Notes: generated from the letters alone by a model not told the origin. Shown: positions 1 to 19,589, numbered from the stretch's first letter. The stretch is DNA of 64,000 nt from the human T2T-CHM13v2.0 reference genome, Homo sapiens (GCF_009914755.1 NC_060929.1), one strand, 5' to 3'. A program made the numbers and translations.

Positions 1-193
<193 letters not shown>

Positions 194-290
194 TAAAAGT
201 CTTTTTAAATTAGCTTACCTCTAATGTTGTGGTTAAGTTGTATTTAAGAAAATTTAGCTTTTCCTTTCAGCAACTCAAAATGTTCACTAA

Positions 291-922
291 GGGCGGGTGC
301 GGTCGCTCACATCTGTAGTCCTAGCACTTTGGGAGGCCAAGGTGGGTGGATCACTTGAGGTCAGGAGTTTGAGACCAGCCTGGCCAACATAGCAAAACCA
401 CGTCTCTACTAAAAATACAAAAATTAGCCGGGTGTGCTGGCGGCTGCCTGTAATCCCAGGTACTCAGGAGGCTGTGGCACGAGAATCACTTGAACCCAGG
501 AGATGGAGGTTGCAGTGAGCCAGGATCGTGCCACTGCACACCAGCCTGGGTGACAGAGCAAGACTTTGTCTCAAAAAAGTAAAGAAATAAAATCAAAGTG
601 TTCATTAAGAATATTACCTCTTGGCCGGGTGCAGTGGCTCATGCCTGTAATCCTAGCACTTTAGGAGGCCGAGGTGGGCAGATCACTTGAGGTCAGGAGT
701 TCGAGACCAGCCTGGCCAACATGGCAAAACCCTGTATCTACCAATAATACAAAAATTAGCCAGTGTAGTGGTGCATACCTGTAATCCTAGCTACTCCAGT
801 GCTGAGGAAGGAGAAATCACTTGTACCTGCGAGGTGGAGGTTGCAGTGAGCCAAGATTGTGCCACTGCACTCCAGCCTGGGCCACACAGCGAGACTTTGT
901 CTCAAAAAACAAACAAAAAAAA
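291..922 (+). mobile_element. Two AluS-type elements (~291-590 and ~623-922)
   Basis: Full dimeric Alu consensus; the first has TSD-like flanks caaaatgttcactaa / caaagtgttcattaa. Confidence 0.92.
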
Positions 923-1301
923 TACTTCTTACCCATGCCTGTCATATGGGCATACCTTGGTATTCCTTGTAGTGTTGCTTAATTACATCCTAAATGTTCC
1001 CAGGCTACTGTGCTTGATGGACTGGTACACCACTTTAAGAGTAAGAAGTCTATGCCAAGAGACCTTGTGGGTCCCTCTATGTGCCATATCCGAGATTTCT
1101 TGGTGGCATCAATTTAGACACTCAGTGATGTTCATTTGTGGTCCTTGTCCTCCCCAGGATAAATTAGTGCTATCAAGCTATGGCTCTATGTCTTGATCTG
1201 GGGATGTGATGTCAACAACAGTGCTGGGACAAAATTGCCGTTAGACTAATGCAAAGGCAACTCTGCTTTTCTTCAGATTGTGTTCCCTATATGCATCCTC
1301 A

Positions 1302-1992
<691 letters not shown>

Positions 1993-3369
1993 CCTGCTTC
2001 CACCTTTTTCTGTTTTTTCCTCCTTGTCACCTCCCATTTTTCTCCTTTCTATTCTGTGGTTCTGACATCTTCACTTAAAATCTGTTCTCTTTTGTTTCAC
2101 TGCTGGCTCTCTTTGCCTGAAGGTTGCATCTAAAGCAGTTCTCAGCTCCTTCCTCCAGAATCTCCCGTTGGAGTCTACCACCCACATCACCTCCTTTCAC
2201 CTCGGGAAGCAGTCCAGTAACCTCTGGCTGCCCTAATTCATCCGTCAGCAATGTTACAGAAAACTGAGTTTTCAGTGGTTTGCAGTCATTGGCTTCAAGG
2301 CATGTCTGACTTCAAAATAACAGCATAACATGGGTCATGATTTGTTCAGAGGTCTAGTTCATCTCAGCTCCAAAACTCCTGCCTATTTTGCCAATACAAT
2401 CAAACATCCAAATGGCATTTCAGCGCAAAGCATCATATCTGGTGGCCGCCATGCCATTGACCATACAGGTTCATCCATGTTTCTAGCCACAATAAAATGG
2501 TCGTCTGTGATAGTGTTGGAGCTATGTCCGGCATTTGGTTAAATGCCAGTGTTTGTTTGACTGGATTTCATGTTTCTTCCTAGGTAAACGTGGTGTTCTT
2601 AGTTGTAACCTCATGCTGTATTTTTCTTTTGGTTAAGATTCCATTTTATGTTTAATGTATTTTTGTACCACTTAGCCCAGCATTTCATGCCAATGGTACA
2701 TTTTGATACTGAATGTATGTGCTTGCTTAGTTTTCTTGTTATTCCAAGAGAAATACCACAAGGATTTCTTTTCTTCTGTTTCTCATAATGTCTGGAGCGG
2801 TTGCTGCCCAGTTGGGTTACTTAAGCCTTCCAGGTCTAGTCAGGCTGAGATTTGGACTTGCTGGGATAGCAGCTTCTAACTTATGTTAAGTGGAAGAAAG
2901 TAATAGAAGTCCATTTTTCTCCTAGTCAAAAAAAACAATTGCAAATGTTGAAAGTCTAGTATTAAGAAAAACAGCAACCACTCTTTAAGCTGATATTTTC
3001 CCTGACTCATTTATATAAAATTATTCTCTACTATGTGGAGGGGGGTGTGTGTGTAAGTATATATGCCTGAGTGCATGTATGTGTACATGTTTTATTTCCT
3101 GTGAAGCCTACCGTAAAGCATTACATAAAGGCCACAATGTCATCATAATTTGCCTGTTATGATAAAATATAATGCTGAATTCTATATAGAAATATTTATT
3201 AAGACAAATTGCCATGCTTATCCAAACATTGCTTATGCCAAATATTATTTTAGTACATAAAATTACCATTCTAAGTTTTAAATACTCCTACCTTTAAAAA
3301 AGAAACTCCACATTTTCTTACTATTTTAATCAATATATTTCAGTATATATCAGGCTTTTTAAAAAAATC

Positions 3370-4590
3370 TTCCCATGAATAATGACAGTTATGGATAACA
3401 ACAGAAAAACATCCATGAATCTGCCATGATACTAATAAATATAGAAGGAATAGAAAACTTATAGAAGCACTGTTTTGAAAGCTTCATAGTCATACTTGAT
3501 TTAAGCAATAATAGTCAATGATGCCAAAACCATGGGGTACAAATATATTGGAGAGCGGGATATTTACATAGTCTCAAACTGTTTCTTCACAGATTACTCA
3601 TTAATGACTGAAAAAAATTCCAGTGGAGAAATCTGGCAAATTCCATCCCTAATCAAGAGATCAAAGTTATCACCGATTATAAGACACATTGACCCTTAGT
3701 GCCTCTGAATGCACTGAGAAGGAAATCATTCTTGTACTTTTTCTGCCAAAAAAAAAAATGCGTAATCTGAATCTAAGCATGAGGAAACTATCAGACAGAT
3801 CCTAATTGAAGGTTTGGATTGGCCTGGTTTCTTCCAAGATATCAGTGCCATGAAAGACCAAGGAAGATTCGGGAGCTGTTTCAGATTAAAGGAGACTAAA
3901 GACATACAACAACTAGATCCTGGATTGCCAAAAACAATTTTCGTAATAAAACATCACTATGCAAAGAAGTTGATCCATGGCAGCCTGCTACAGGTCCACA
4001 GCAAGATGTGCTTGCACCAAAATGTAAACATTGTGTCACCATGCACACTATTACATAGTTCAGCTGACATTTTTTCCTTAGCATGATGATTTTGATGAAG
4101 CCGTATGCTAATTTGCATTGTGGAGTTAAGTTCTTATCTCATCACAGGCTGGCATTAAACTTTCTGTGAGCTAGTCCCAGACTACAGACACACTTTGAGT
4201 AGTACTTGCAAAGGACACTATTAGAAAAGTACTGTCAGTATGCAGTATTTAGTCAAACTGGAATATGAAATCTATGTTACACAGTCATCAATGTTGCATT
4301 TCCTGAATTTGACAATAGTATCATGGTTATTTAAAAGAATGTCTTTGTTTCTAAGAGACCCATGCTGAAATATTTATGGGTAAGGGGTCACGATGTCTGC
4401 AACTTACTCACAAATGGTTTAGCAAAAAGCTGTAATTCTGTGTGCGTGTGTGTGTATGTGTCTGTGTAGGGAGGACATGCATGTAAATGTGGCAAAATGT
4501 TAAAAATTAGTGATTCTAGGTGAAAAGTATACTACTCTTGCACTACTCTTACATGTTTTATGTAGGTTTAAAATTGCTTAAAAAGAATTA
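3370..4590 (+). mobile_element. Degraded old L1 (L1MC/ME-like 3' region), probably interrupted near 3940-4200
   Basis: Motifs such as aatctgaatctaagcatgaggaaa, cagattaaaggagactaaagaca and aaatgtggcaaaatgttaa. Confidence 0.5.
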
Positions 4591-4889
<299 letters not shown>

Positions 4890-5173
4890 TTGAAGTGAGT
4901 TTTCCGGAGAGGCAGATATCAGCTGTGTTGTTGGTAATCATAGCACTGAATGCTTTGCTTAATGAACTTGGGCACCAGTTGAAAAGTCTTGTTATGTGTG
5001 TGTTGCTGGACTTCTTACATGCTCTGAGTTACAGCTTCGGAGGATGGTCATAATCCTTGGCCCTGTGGTTTGCCTCTTTATCTGCACTTGACTCTGACTC
5101 TGGTCCTAGGTACTTTCATTGGGAGAAATAAATAAATAAAACCATCTAATCTTTGCTTTCTGCTGAAAATCAG

Positions 5174-5255
5174 GTTTCCGAGCAGGAAATGGATGAAGTC
5201 ATAGCACGCAGCACTTATCAGGAGAGCAAAGAGGCCAATTCCTCTCCTGGCTTAG
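5174..5255 (+). CDS. PDZD2: PDZD2 internal coding exon (VSEQEMDEVIARSTYQESKEANSSPGL/G), 82 nt, phase 0 to 1
   Basis: aatcag|GTTTCC acceptor and TTAG|gtactg donor; open frame that joins in frame to the next exon; not in the ORF track. Confidence 0.9.
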
Positions 5256-6317
5256 GTACTGTAATCTCACATTTTCATTCAACATTCAGAAGAGTTTCTC
5301 ATTAAGTTCACCCACAGGCACTCCCCAGTGCAGTATTATTGGATTCTTGGTAATTATCAGGTTTGGCAAAAGTAGCTGTCAAAGACAGTCTATGCTTTCT
5401 CTTGGCTGTTAGTTTTGATTTCTGCAGTTATTTAATGTGCTTCATTAAAGATCTAATCATGCATGCTTCTTATAGTACTTACAAATAATTTGCAAAGGTA
5501 AGTTAGAAGTGTTGCATGTATATATGCTTGATTCATTCAAAATGCTAAAGATGAAAGGGAAACGATACCCAGAATTTCAGTAGTTTGGTAGATGCAGAGT
5601 ATTATCTACCAAAAAGCCTGAGATTTCTTTACATGAATTAAAAAGTTTCCATTCAAAAGGGTAATAGAGGTAGCAAAAATCATGATTTCGCTCAAGTGGA
5701 AAACTTCAGGCAGAGAAGGCTTGAGATAGTAGGAATTTCATATGAATTTAAAATATGAAACATATCAAGTCTTAAAAATAAAGTTTCCTTTAGCATGGAA
5801 GCCTAAAGGGACTCTTCACACATTTCTGAGCTTGAGATTATACTGACGTTCAGATTGCTACCTGGGAGGAAAAGGAACTGAGACATAAGTTATTAGTTGT
5901 CAGAGGAAAAGGAAAGCATAGGGTTTTTTGGCAATCATGAAATACCCTGATTATTTACATTCATAATTAATACATTTGAAGTGGACATAGCCATCATAGG
6001 CTTTCTATTCAACCAGTTCATCATCCCGACCTGCCTGAAAGCTGTGCTCTCATAATCCCAGCATTTCCACTTGATCATTTATAAAGAGTTTATTAAGCTG
6101 TAATCCTCATGCCCAAAGTCCCTTCTGCTTCATGGCATATAGTTTAAATCCTGAGCCTTTTCACCCTACAGTTAAAAACTAAAATAGATATTCAGTCATC
6201 TTCTCAGTTCTTTCATGAGTTTCTTGGGTGATGTTCATTTGTTCATTCATAATTCAATCCATTCAGCAATTATCACCGAACACTTAGTAGATATGAAGTA
6301 CAATGTCCAGCTCCATG

Positions 6318-6586
6318 GAGCCGGGCGCCATGGCTCACGCCTATAATCCCGGCACTTTGGGAGGCCAAGGCGGGCAGATCACCTGAAGTCTGGAGTTCGA
6401 GACCAGCCTGACCAACATGGAGAAACCCCATCTCTGCTAAAAATACGAAAGTAGCCGGATGTGGTGGCGCATGCCTGTAATCCCAGCTACCCGGGAGGCT
6501 GAGACAGGAGAGGTTTCAGTGAGCCGAGATCATGCCATTGCACTCCAGCCTGGGCAACAAGAGTCCAACTCCGTCTGAAAATAAAT
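6318..6586 (+). mobile_element. Alu (Sp/Sq-like) with ~25-nt right-arm deletion
   Basis: Alu consensus; TSD aatgtccagctcc / aatatccagctcc. Confidence 0.9.
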
Positions 6587-6988
6587 ATCCAGCTCCGTGG
6601 GGTCAGATCAGTCAACATTTCTGCTCTGTAGATTGAAGAAGGGAGACAAGACACATCCACTCATACATTATATGATGTACATGAAAGTTGATGTGTGGGT
6701 AGGATAAAACACTTTGGAAATTCAGAAGAAATTACTTCTAACTGGGATCATCATGCAGGTAGTAGCATCTGAGTTAGGGCTTGAAGCATCATGGCAGATG
6801 GGATGGGGATGAGGATCAGGTACGCAGGTAGACTGCATGCACGTCTAACCCTGTGCATGCAGCCCGTCATCAAGCAAAGGGAGTTTTGTTTACTGTGTTT
6901 GCCGCCTCCTTTTCTAGTTAAGGATGTGAGCCTATTTGTGACTTGAGCTTTATTGTTTTGACAATATGGTGAATTTTCCCTCCAACAG

Positions 6989-7023
6989 GTACCCCCTTGA
7001 AGAGTCCCTCTCTTGCAAAAAAG
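6989..7023 (+). CDS. PDZD2: PDZD2 35-nt microexon (G/TPLKSPSLAKK), phase 1 to 0
   Basis: ttttccctccaacag|GTACCC acceptor and AAG|gtgagt donor; needed to link the phase-1 end at 5255 to the phase-0 start at 7766. Confidence 0.9.
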
Positions 7024-7765
7024 GTGAGTCAAGGTGAACTGCTACCTGCCTCCCTCAGCTGGACCACAAACTAATTCCTGGAGCCCACAAGTCAAGCCGG
7101 AGGGCCCAGTCCCTGTTTCTGCCCATGAGTCATTTTTGCCACTTTATACAGGAAATCGCAACAATGCTCATTTGAGAATAGATGCAAAAATGTGTGTTTC
7201 TTTTGCTAAACACTTATCCAGGAAAAGAACAGAGCAACAAAATAAAAGAACTGAACTACAGTTTGCAAAATAAGTTTTCAAACTGCTCCATAATAAAGCA
7301 GCGTGAGTCAGGACTTGGGGCTTTAAGGAGGCCACGCAATCTTCCTCAGCTAGGCTCTTGCTGAGTCTCAGTGCGTCAGGGTGCAGGATTCAAACTCCCC
7401 TGGTTTTTGTTCACCATTTGGCTAGACTGGTTGGCTTGAATCACATTTGTCTTTCCCATCGCATCCCCCCAGTGTTTTTCCTGGGATGGCTGATGTGTTG
7501 CTGCTGTGGCTTTTCCGATCATTGCCAAAAATTTAGCCAAAAACAAAAAGTCTCTAAAAACATTGTCTGGCAGCAGTCACCTTTTTATTTATTAGTTGTC
7601 AATTTAGCCGTTCTGAGGTACATGGAGGTTGGTGTTTACTATCACAGCTATTTCAAGTGACCGTTGATTAGAACGAAGTGTTCTTGGAAAGATAGGACGT
7701 AATAACCCTTGAAAGTCTGCTTCTGCTGTGTTTTCTTAGTTATCGGATGTTTTCTTCTTCAACAG

Positions 7766-7922
7766 GACTCCCTTATTTCTGAATCTGAACTCTCCCAGTA
7801 CTTTGCCCACGATGTCCCTGGCCCCTTGTCAGACTTCATGGTGGCCGGTTCTGAGGACGAGGATCACCCGGGAAGTGGCTGCAGCACGTCGGAGGAGGGC
7901 AGCCTGCCTCCCAGCACCTCCA
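7766..7922 (+). CDS. PDZD2: PDZD2 coding exon ([20 protein letters not shown]...SLPPSTS), 157 nt
   Basis: ttcttcaacag|GAC acceptor and CCA|gtaagc donor; lies within ORF 7709..8158. Confidence 0.92.
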
Positions 7923-8016
7923 GTAAGCAGGGGTGCCCCAGAGGGCCTGGGCTCTGCATTCCAGTCAGCAGTGACTGGTTTCCACCTCTGTGCTGGCGGC
8001 TACAATGGTTTAGCTA

Positions 8017-8346
<330 letters not shown>

Positions 8347-9436
8347 TTAGTGACTGGCCACTCAGTTACTCAGTAAATGGGCTGGATACACATTCTATAG
8401 TCAGGGGTGGATGGTGGCTAAACCAGACCTCCTTTCAATGCCCTTTACATAATGTAGTCTTGAATTTTATGGCATCAAATCAGGATGGGCAACCTGATGC
8501 CCTTACATTTTAGGGAATCCAGCCAGATTCCAGGTCCCTTCCCTCACCAGGCCCTAGCTTCATTCTTTGTAGAAGGCTGTAAATTAAAGATTAAGAACTC
8601 ATAAGAGACATATTATCAAAAGGTTTTTTTTTTAATCTCATTGATATATCAATTTGAGATAATATGAGATGATAATCTGATATGATCCATACCGATTTCT
8701 CAGACTTCTTTCTGCTGGTGAGGTTTCCTCTTAATTTCTAACATCTGAAGAAGAAAATCCCCTTGTTTTAGGAGAGGCAGGCGACGACCACTCTGACTCA
8801 TTCGGAGCTATCAATGAGTTTGCTCTGTTCTTATAGAAACATTTCAAGGTGCAAACGTGTAATTTTTCACTGCATTTAACAAGATATAAAAATCGTTGCA
8901 GATTCAGGTTGGCATTGTTCTAGAGTATCTTTAAGACATAGGACAGTTCATGCTGCAAAAGCACTCACGTGCCTGTCAATCAAGCCTCCCTTTCTGCAGA
9001 TGAAGGAAGGACCTCAAGGGGCCAAGAAGGCAGCCCAGGTGTGTGGGACATGTCATCAGTCCCCAGGCATCCTTCTATGGAGGAATTCTCAGCAGCATTT
9101 AGGTTAAACCCTAACAATGTGTTAGATAATCATGGAGGTGGAAGTATTAAGTTTCTGTCTTCCAACAGCACACGTTTGAGTTAATCCAGAGGTTGGGGTT
9201 TAAGAAAAGGGCGGGGGGGGTAGGTCAGTAGGGAAAAGAGAAAGATAGCCCGCCTATCTACTCCATATAGCCTCCAGGAAGCCATGTTGCCTAGGCCTTG
9301 TGTCCAGTGGCTGAGGCTGTGTGTCTGGTGTTAGTGAATGTGGAAATGCTTATGTGTAATGATGGGGTCAGATGATAAGACAGGGCCAAGTGGGAAGCTC
9401 AATTTCACTTGACTTTTCTGTCCCCACCTCCACCAG

Positions 9437-10248
9437 CTCACAAGGAGCCTGGAAAACCCAGAGCCAACAGCCTCGTGACTCTTGGGAGCCATCGGGCTTC
9501 TGGGCTCTTCCACAAGCAGGTGACAGTTGCCAGACAAGCCAGTCTCCCCGGAAGCCCACAGGCCCTCCGAAACCCTCTCCTCCGCCAGAGGAAGGTAGGC
9601 TGCTACGATGCCAACGATGCCAGTGATGAGGAAGAGTTTGACAGAGAAGGGGACTGCATTTCACTCCCAGGGGCCCTCCCGGGTCCCATCAGGCCTCTGT
9701 CAGAGGATGACCCGAGGCGTGTCTCAATTTCCTCTTCCAAGGGCATGGACGTCCACAACCAAGAGGAACGACCCCGGAAAACACTGGTGAGCAAGGCCAT
9801 CTCGGCACCTCTTCTTGGTAGCTCAGTGGACTTAGAGGAGAGTATCCCAGAGGGCATGGTGGATGCTGCGTCCTATGCAGCCAACCTCACGGACTCTGCA
9901 GAGGCCCCCAAGGGGAGCCCTGGAAGCTGGTGGAAGAAGGAACTGTCAGGATCAAGTAGCGCACCCAAATTGGAATACACAGTCCGTACAGACACCCAGA
10001 GTCCGACGAACACTGGGAGCCCCAGTTCCCCCCAGCAGAAAAGTGAAGGCCTGGGCTCCAGGCACAGACCAGTGGCCAGGGTAAGCCCCCACTGCAAGAG
10101 ATCCGAGGCTGAGGCCAAGCCCAGTGGCTCACAGACAGTGAACCTGACTGGCAGAGCCAATGATCCATGCGATCTGGACTCGAGAGTCCAGGCCACTTCT
10201 GTCAAAGTGACTGTCGCTGGCTTTCAGCCAGGTGGAGCTGTGGAGAAG
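9437..10248 (+). CDS. PDZD2: PDZD2 coding exon (T/HKEPGKPRANSL...GGAVEK), 812 nt
   Basis: ccacctccaccag|CT acceptor and AAG|gtaact donor; ORF 9409..10290; phases match both neighbours. Confidence 0.93.
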
Positions 10249-10290
10249 GTAACTGACTTTCTCTTAGTTACTTGGAATGGAAGTGCATGA

Positions 10291-10716
<426 letters not shown>

Positions 10717-11608
10717 TAGGGAGCTTATTAATGTATCAGCAGGTTAGTCATGAGATCATTTGGCCAGAAGATACTATAGAATCTCTGTCTTACCTGTACA
10801 CAGCACCTGTGGCTAATGATGGAAAGGCAGTGTGGCACAGGGAAAGTAAAACCATGGGCCTGGCATGAGCTCCACTGCTGACTAGTTGGCACTGGTCGAG
10901 TTACAACTTGGGCAAGTTATTAAACATTTCTGAGCTTAGTTCTCTGGGCTGGTGCTCTCTGCCTTGGTCATCTCACAGAGCTGGAGGGACCATCAAATAT
11001 ATGTTAACAGTGATTCCCTCCAGCTGATAAGGTTATGAGTGATCCTTATATTTTTCCAAATTTCTACATTGGTTATATATAATTATAGCCACTCATAACC
11101 TTGCTGTGGTATCATATGGAATAACAGGAATGCATTCACTTAGAAATTGATAATGTACCACATTAAATGCAAGTTAATATTGGTTATGTTACTACTTGGT
11201 TACGAGTATGTTAGAATATCAAATTGTTCATTTTTAAAAATGTTCAATATACCTCTACTTTATCAAGGAGACAGTACGAGAAATCAATGTTGTTTATAAT
11301 CTCCTTAACATAAATAACTTCTCTCTCTCTCTCGCTGAACAAAGAATCTGAGATGACTTATAAAGCCATATTATTATAGATGTGTGTTCAAGTGGTTTAT
11401 ATAAACATATATGTCAATAGACCTGGAAAATGCTAAGTCATAAAAACTATACCAGGCAAAAGTCGTTTTTTTAACCTTATTTTTGTTTTAATAGAAATGC
11501 ACATCTTTTTTCCTTCTCCTCAAATATCATATTTTACCTCCAACCACTACCTGTGTTTTAAAATATAATGTTTGGCCATTGGGTAAATTTCTTCTTTTAA
11601 AAAGCATC

Positions 11609-11973
<365 letters not shown>

Positions 11974-13066
11974 TTATATCTATTAAAATAAGAGTTTTGT
12001 AATTCTAAGTTAATACTCTCAGAATGAACTTTTGAGCAGCATTTGAAACTTGTACAAGACTAATTTTTCTCATAAAAATTTTAGTTACAAAATTTGATTT
12101 TATTTATATCTGAGAAAGAAAATAGAATGGATTGCTATAAAGTATATGTCCTCAAATATTGGAAGAAAAAACCTTCCTCTTTTGGTACGTGAGTTAAATT
12201 CTGTTTTTATTTACTACTTGATTTAAATTGAAGTGAAATTCATATAACATGAAATTAACCATTTTGAAATGTACAAGTCAATGGCACTTAGTACATTCAG
12301 AATGCAATATGACCCACCACCTCTGTCTAGTTCTGAAACTCCTCTACTGTTTTTATGTTACATTTGTGTTACTAATAAATAGAAAATTAACTGAGTTAAA
12401 CTCTATCTAGGTTTCCCTCAGCTGGTAACTGACATTTTATGAAAAGATTTCTTACCAAAGCTGCTGAAAGACATATTATCCCTTTCACCTCTGTGCTCTG
12501 CTGCCACCTTTGGGCCACTTTATCACTCACAATGGATAAATTTCACATGAAGCTGATTTAACTGTTAGTTTTAGAATTTCATTGCATTGAATGTTAGGTA
12601 GAAGAAGAGAAAGTAATGGACACTTAGCCAAAGTGAAGTCTTGAAATATGAAATGTCAATTTTGTTTATCCAGATTCGTTCATTCCCTCACTACCAAACT
12701 AAGGAGTTAGTGTTATAGTCTTGGATATCTCTATGCAATATAATAACAATACCTTACATCTGTCTAGCCTTATATGTGCTGTTTTTATAACTGTTCTCAT
12801 TTAATCGTCTTCTTTTAAGCTCTATGAGTAAGACTGGGAATGTTTTATGCCCATTTTAGAGTTGAAAAAAATGGAGGCTTGGGGAAGAATGATATGACCA
12901 TTTAATTCCTAGCAGACCTTAAACCCACAATCTGGATCTGCTGGCTCCTAGTCCAGGGCCCCTTTGCCTTTTCCTGAACTAGCTCTGCTCTCTATATATG
13001 ATCTCATCTTACGGTGCAGAAAGCCTGAAAGTTATTTCAAGTGGCTTGTGGTTGTCATTGTGCCAG

Positions 13067-13211
13067 GAATCTCTGGGAAAGCTGACCACTGGAGATGCTT
13101 GTGTCTCTACCAGCTGTGAACTAGCCAGTGCTCTGTCCCATCTGGATGCCAGCCACCTCACAGAGAACCTGCCCAAAGCTGCATCAGAGCTGGGGCAACA
13201 ACCCATGACTG
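13067..13211 (+). CDS. PDZD2: PDZD2 coding exon ([12 protein letters not shown]...QQPMT), 145 nt
   Basis: gtgccag|GAA acceptor and CTG|gtaaga donor; ORF 12998..13264; phase 0 to 1. Confidence 0.9.
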
Positions 13212-13275
13212 GTAAGATTATTTTCCCATTTGTTAATCTTAAAGTAGGTGGGGAGATACCCTAATGAAAGCATTA

Positions 13276-16019
<2,744 letters not shown>

Positions 16020-16311
16020 TTACATTGAGGCAGCCTTCAATGTCACCTTTCAAAGTAAGGCTTCATTTGAGGCCAGTATCTTCATACATTTTAAGAGTGC
16101 ATGTTCTACATAATGGTCCTCTGGAAGTTTTCTTGGAATCCAGATTTGCTTTGGAATAGAAGAGGGACAGCAAAGGGTTGGTTTTTTTCACTAAACCAAC
16201 ATTTCCTATTTGCAACCTCATGCAGTACATTCTTTCCTTTCTTGCCACTGAGGAATTTCTTATTCTAGGTAGGCCAGTTTTTGTCAATACTGAGGTTTTC
16301 ATCAGTGTTAG

Positions 16312-16702
16312 AAAATGTAGTACATATACACTATGGAATACTATGCAGCCATAAAAAGGAATGAGATCATGTCCTTTGCAGGGACAAGAATGGAGCTGGA
16401 AGCCATTATCCTCAGCAAACTAACACAGAAACAGAAAACCAAACACCACATGTTCTTACTTATAAGTGGGAGCTAAACAATGAGAACACATGGACACAGG
16501 GAAGGGAACATCACACACTGGAGCCTGTTGCGGATGGGGTGGTGGGGGGAGGGAGAGCATCAGGATCAATAGCTAATGCATGCAGGGCTTAATACCTAGG
16601 TCACGGGTTGATAGGTGCAGCAAACCACCATGGCACACATTTCCCTGTGTAACAAACCTGCGCATCCTGCACATGTATCCCAGAACTTAAAAAAAAAAAA
16701 AA
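16312..16702 (+). mobile_element. L1PA (older primate subfamily) 3' end
   Basis: atggaatactatgcagccataaaaaggaatgagatcatgtcctttgcaggg...caaaccaccatggcac...cccagaacttaa plus poly(A). Confidence 0.92.
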
Positions 16703-17328
16703 ATACCGCGGGTTTGTACCTTAAGTAAGTGGGTTGCTGCATGTCAAGTTCTCTTGTGTTATAGTGTAGAGAGAATTTCGTCTCCCAGCCCCGTACTCCC
16801 TGGAGCTCTGTGCACCTCTGTGACTGTACTGACCCCGGTGGGTGCAGATGTTTGGATGCTTTTCTGCCTTGCCCTCTCTGGATTTCCCATAGATAATGAG
16901 CCTTGAGAAAGGTGCAGCTATGTGTCCCTTACACCCACTGAGCAGCCAGGAATGCTAGACCAGGAACTGATTATATTTAACAGGCAATGATATATGTGCT
17001 ATATTTAGTTAACATGTCAAAACATAATATATTAGTTACCATTTAATTCTTTAAGGGTCCTCGTCAGGATTGATCGAGTTGCAGTGACACACTGGCACCC
17101 TCAAGGGCTTTTGGGGTGTATCTGAAATACCCGATTACCGGATCTCTAAAAGATTTTAGAGCTTCTGTCTCCTTTTGTTTAGGTATTTCTCTCTCCTTCC
17201 CAATGAAAAGGCTATCTGTGACCAGTTGGTCCTGCTGAGTACTTGAGTGCTCGTAGCAGTTCTTCTTCCAGTGTTATTACAAATAGCTGCTTTCCAGTAT
17301 GTAAGAAGGATGTTCTTCAAAACATGTC

Positions 17329-17933
<605 letters not shown>

Positions 17934-19264
17934 AAAACATATCTTTTTTAAAACTGAAATATCCAAAAATGCATAAGTGATCAAAGAAGGAATACCTTAT
18001 CATTAAAAAAAAATCCAAAATGACCCGTACACTGCACGGTGGTTAAGCACACAGGGGCATACGCAGGCTGCCAGGGCTCAGATCTGAGCCCCAACATTTG
18101 ACCAGGGAAGGGACCTTGGATTAGTCACTGTTGTCCTAAGTTACACACCTCATGGGGTTGTTGAGGAAGAATCAATGACATTTTCATGTGTAGCATTTGG
18201 AACACAATCTGGTACCTAATATGTTGAATAAGTTATATTACGTGTGTGTATGTGATTTTCCTAAGAGAAACATATATGTGTGTATATATCTGCCTAGTAT
18301 ATGATACACAGTAAGATACGTGTGTGTGTATGTATGTGTGTATGTATACCTACACACATGATTTTCCTAAGAAAGTTTTAGAAACTTTAGAAACACAGGA
18401 GCAAATGGCCGACCAAGATGTGTTGATTGTGAGGTCTGATTTTAGAGCCATTTAGCTTTCTGGCAGCAATTGACTCTGTCTGTTAAATGGTGGCTCTTGG
18501 AAACCAGAACGAGAGGAGGTGGTAGCTGTTGGAAAAGCTGTCAAAGCTGTTGTGAGAAACTGAAGCAGTGTGGGGAATCCAGGCCCCCTGTTTGTCACTA
18601 AATGTTTAACTCTGTTATGAACGGGATACATGTTTATTCTAGAAACTTAAGAAATTACAATTGAGAGGGAAGTTTTGAAAGATAGCATAAAAATCAGCTA
18701 AGCCCAAGTGAAAAACCTCTGTTAATATTTTGGTCTGTATCATTTGAGTCTTGTGCGTATATGGGTGTGAATAAATATATAGTCCTGTGCTTTTTTTGTC
18801 TTTTTGCCAAAAAAAAAAAAAAAATCCACTGTGGTAGTCACCAGTACCTAACAACCTTTTTAAACCTCATACATCCACACGAAATAATATTTGAGCAGCC
18901 TGCTGGCATCAGTAAGACTGCTCCTCAGCCCATGGGCCTGACCTAGCAGGCTGTCCCTCGCACTGACCACTCTGCTGTCAGCACACCCATAGCCTACTCT
19001 AGGAAACCGCACTGCTATCCTGCAGGCTCTTCTACACCCGACATCACCTGGAGAGGCTGCTGGGCCTTCCACCCCACGGATGTGCTGTAACGAGTCAACC
19101 TTCCTCCCATGATTGGGCATTTCGAACGTTTCCAGAGAAAAGGTTGTCTTGAAAGGTGACAACCAAAGGCTGCCTCAGTGTAACCTCGTCTCCCTCAGAT
19201 GAAGACCTTTTAAGTTACAGACTTTGCAATAAAGTCAAATTGCTAACATGAATTGCCTGTTTAG

Positions 19265-19589
<325 letters not shown>

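Noticed and set aside
18240-18375. Repeated tgattttcctaaga around a TG/TA-rich stretch
   Set aside because: Ordinary low-complexity slippage duplication
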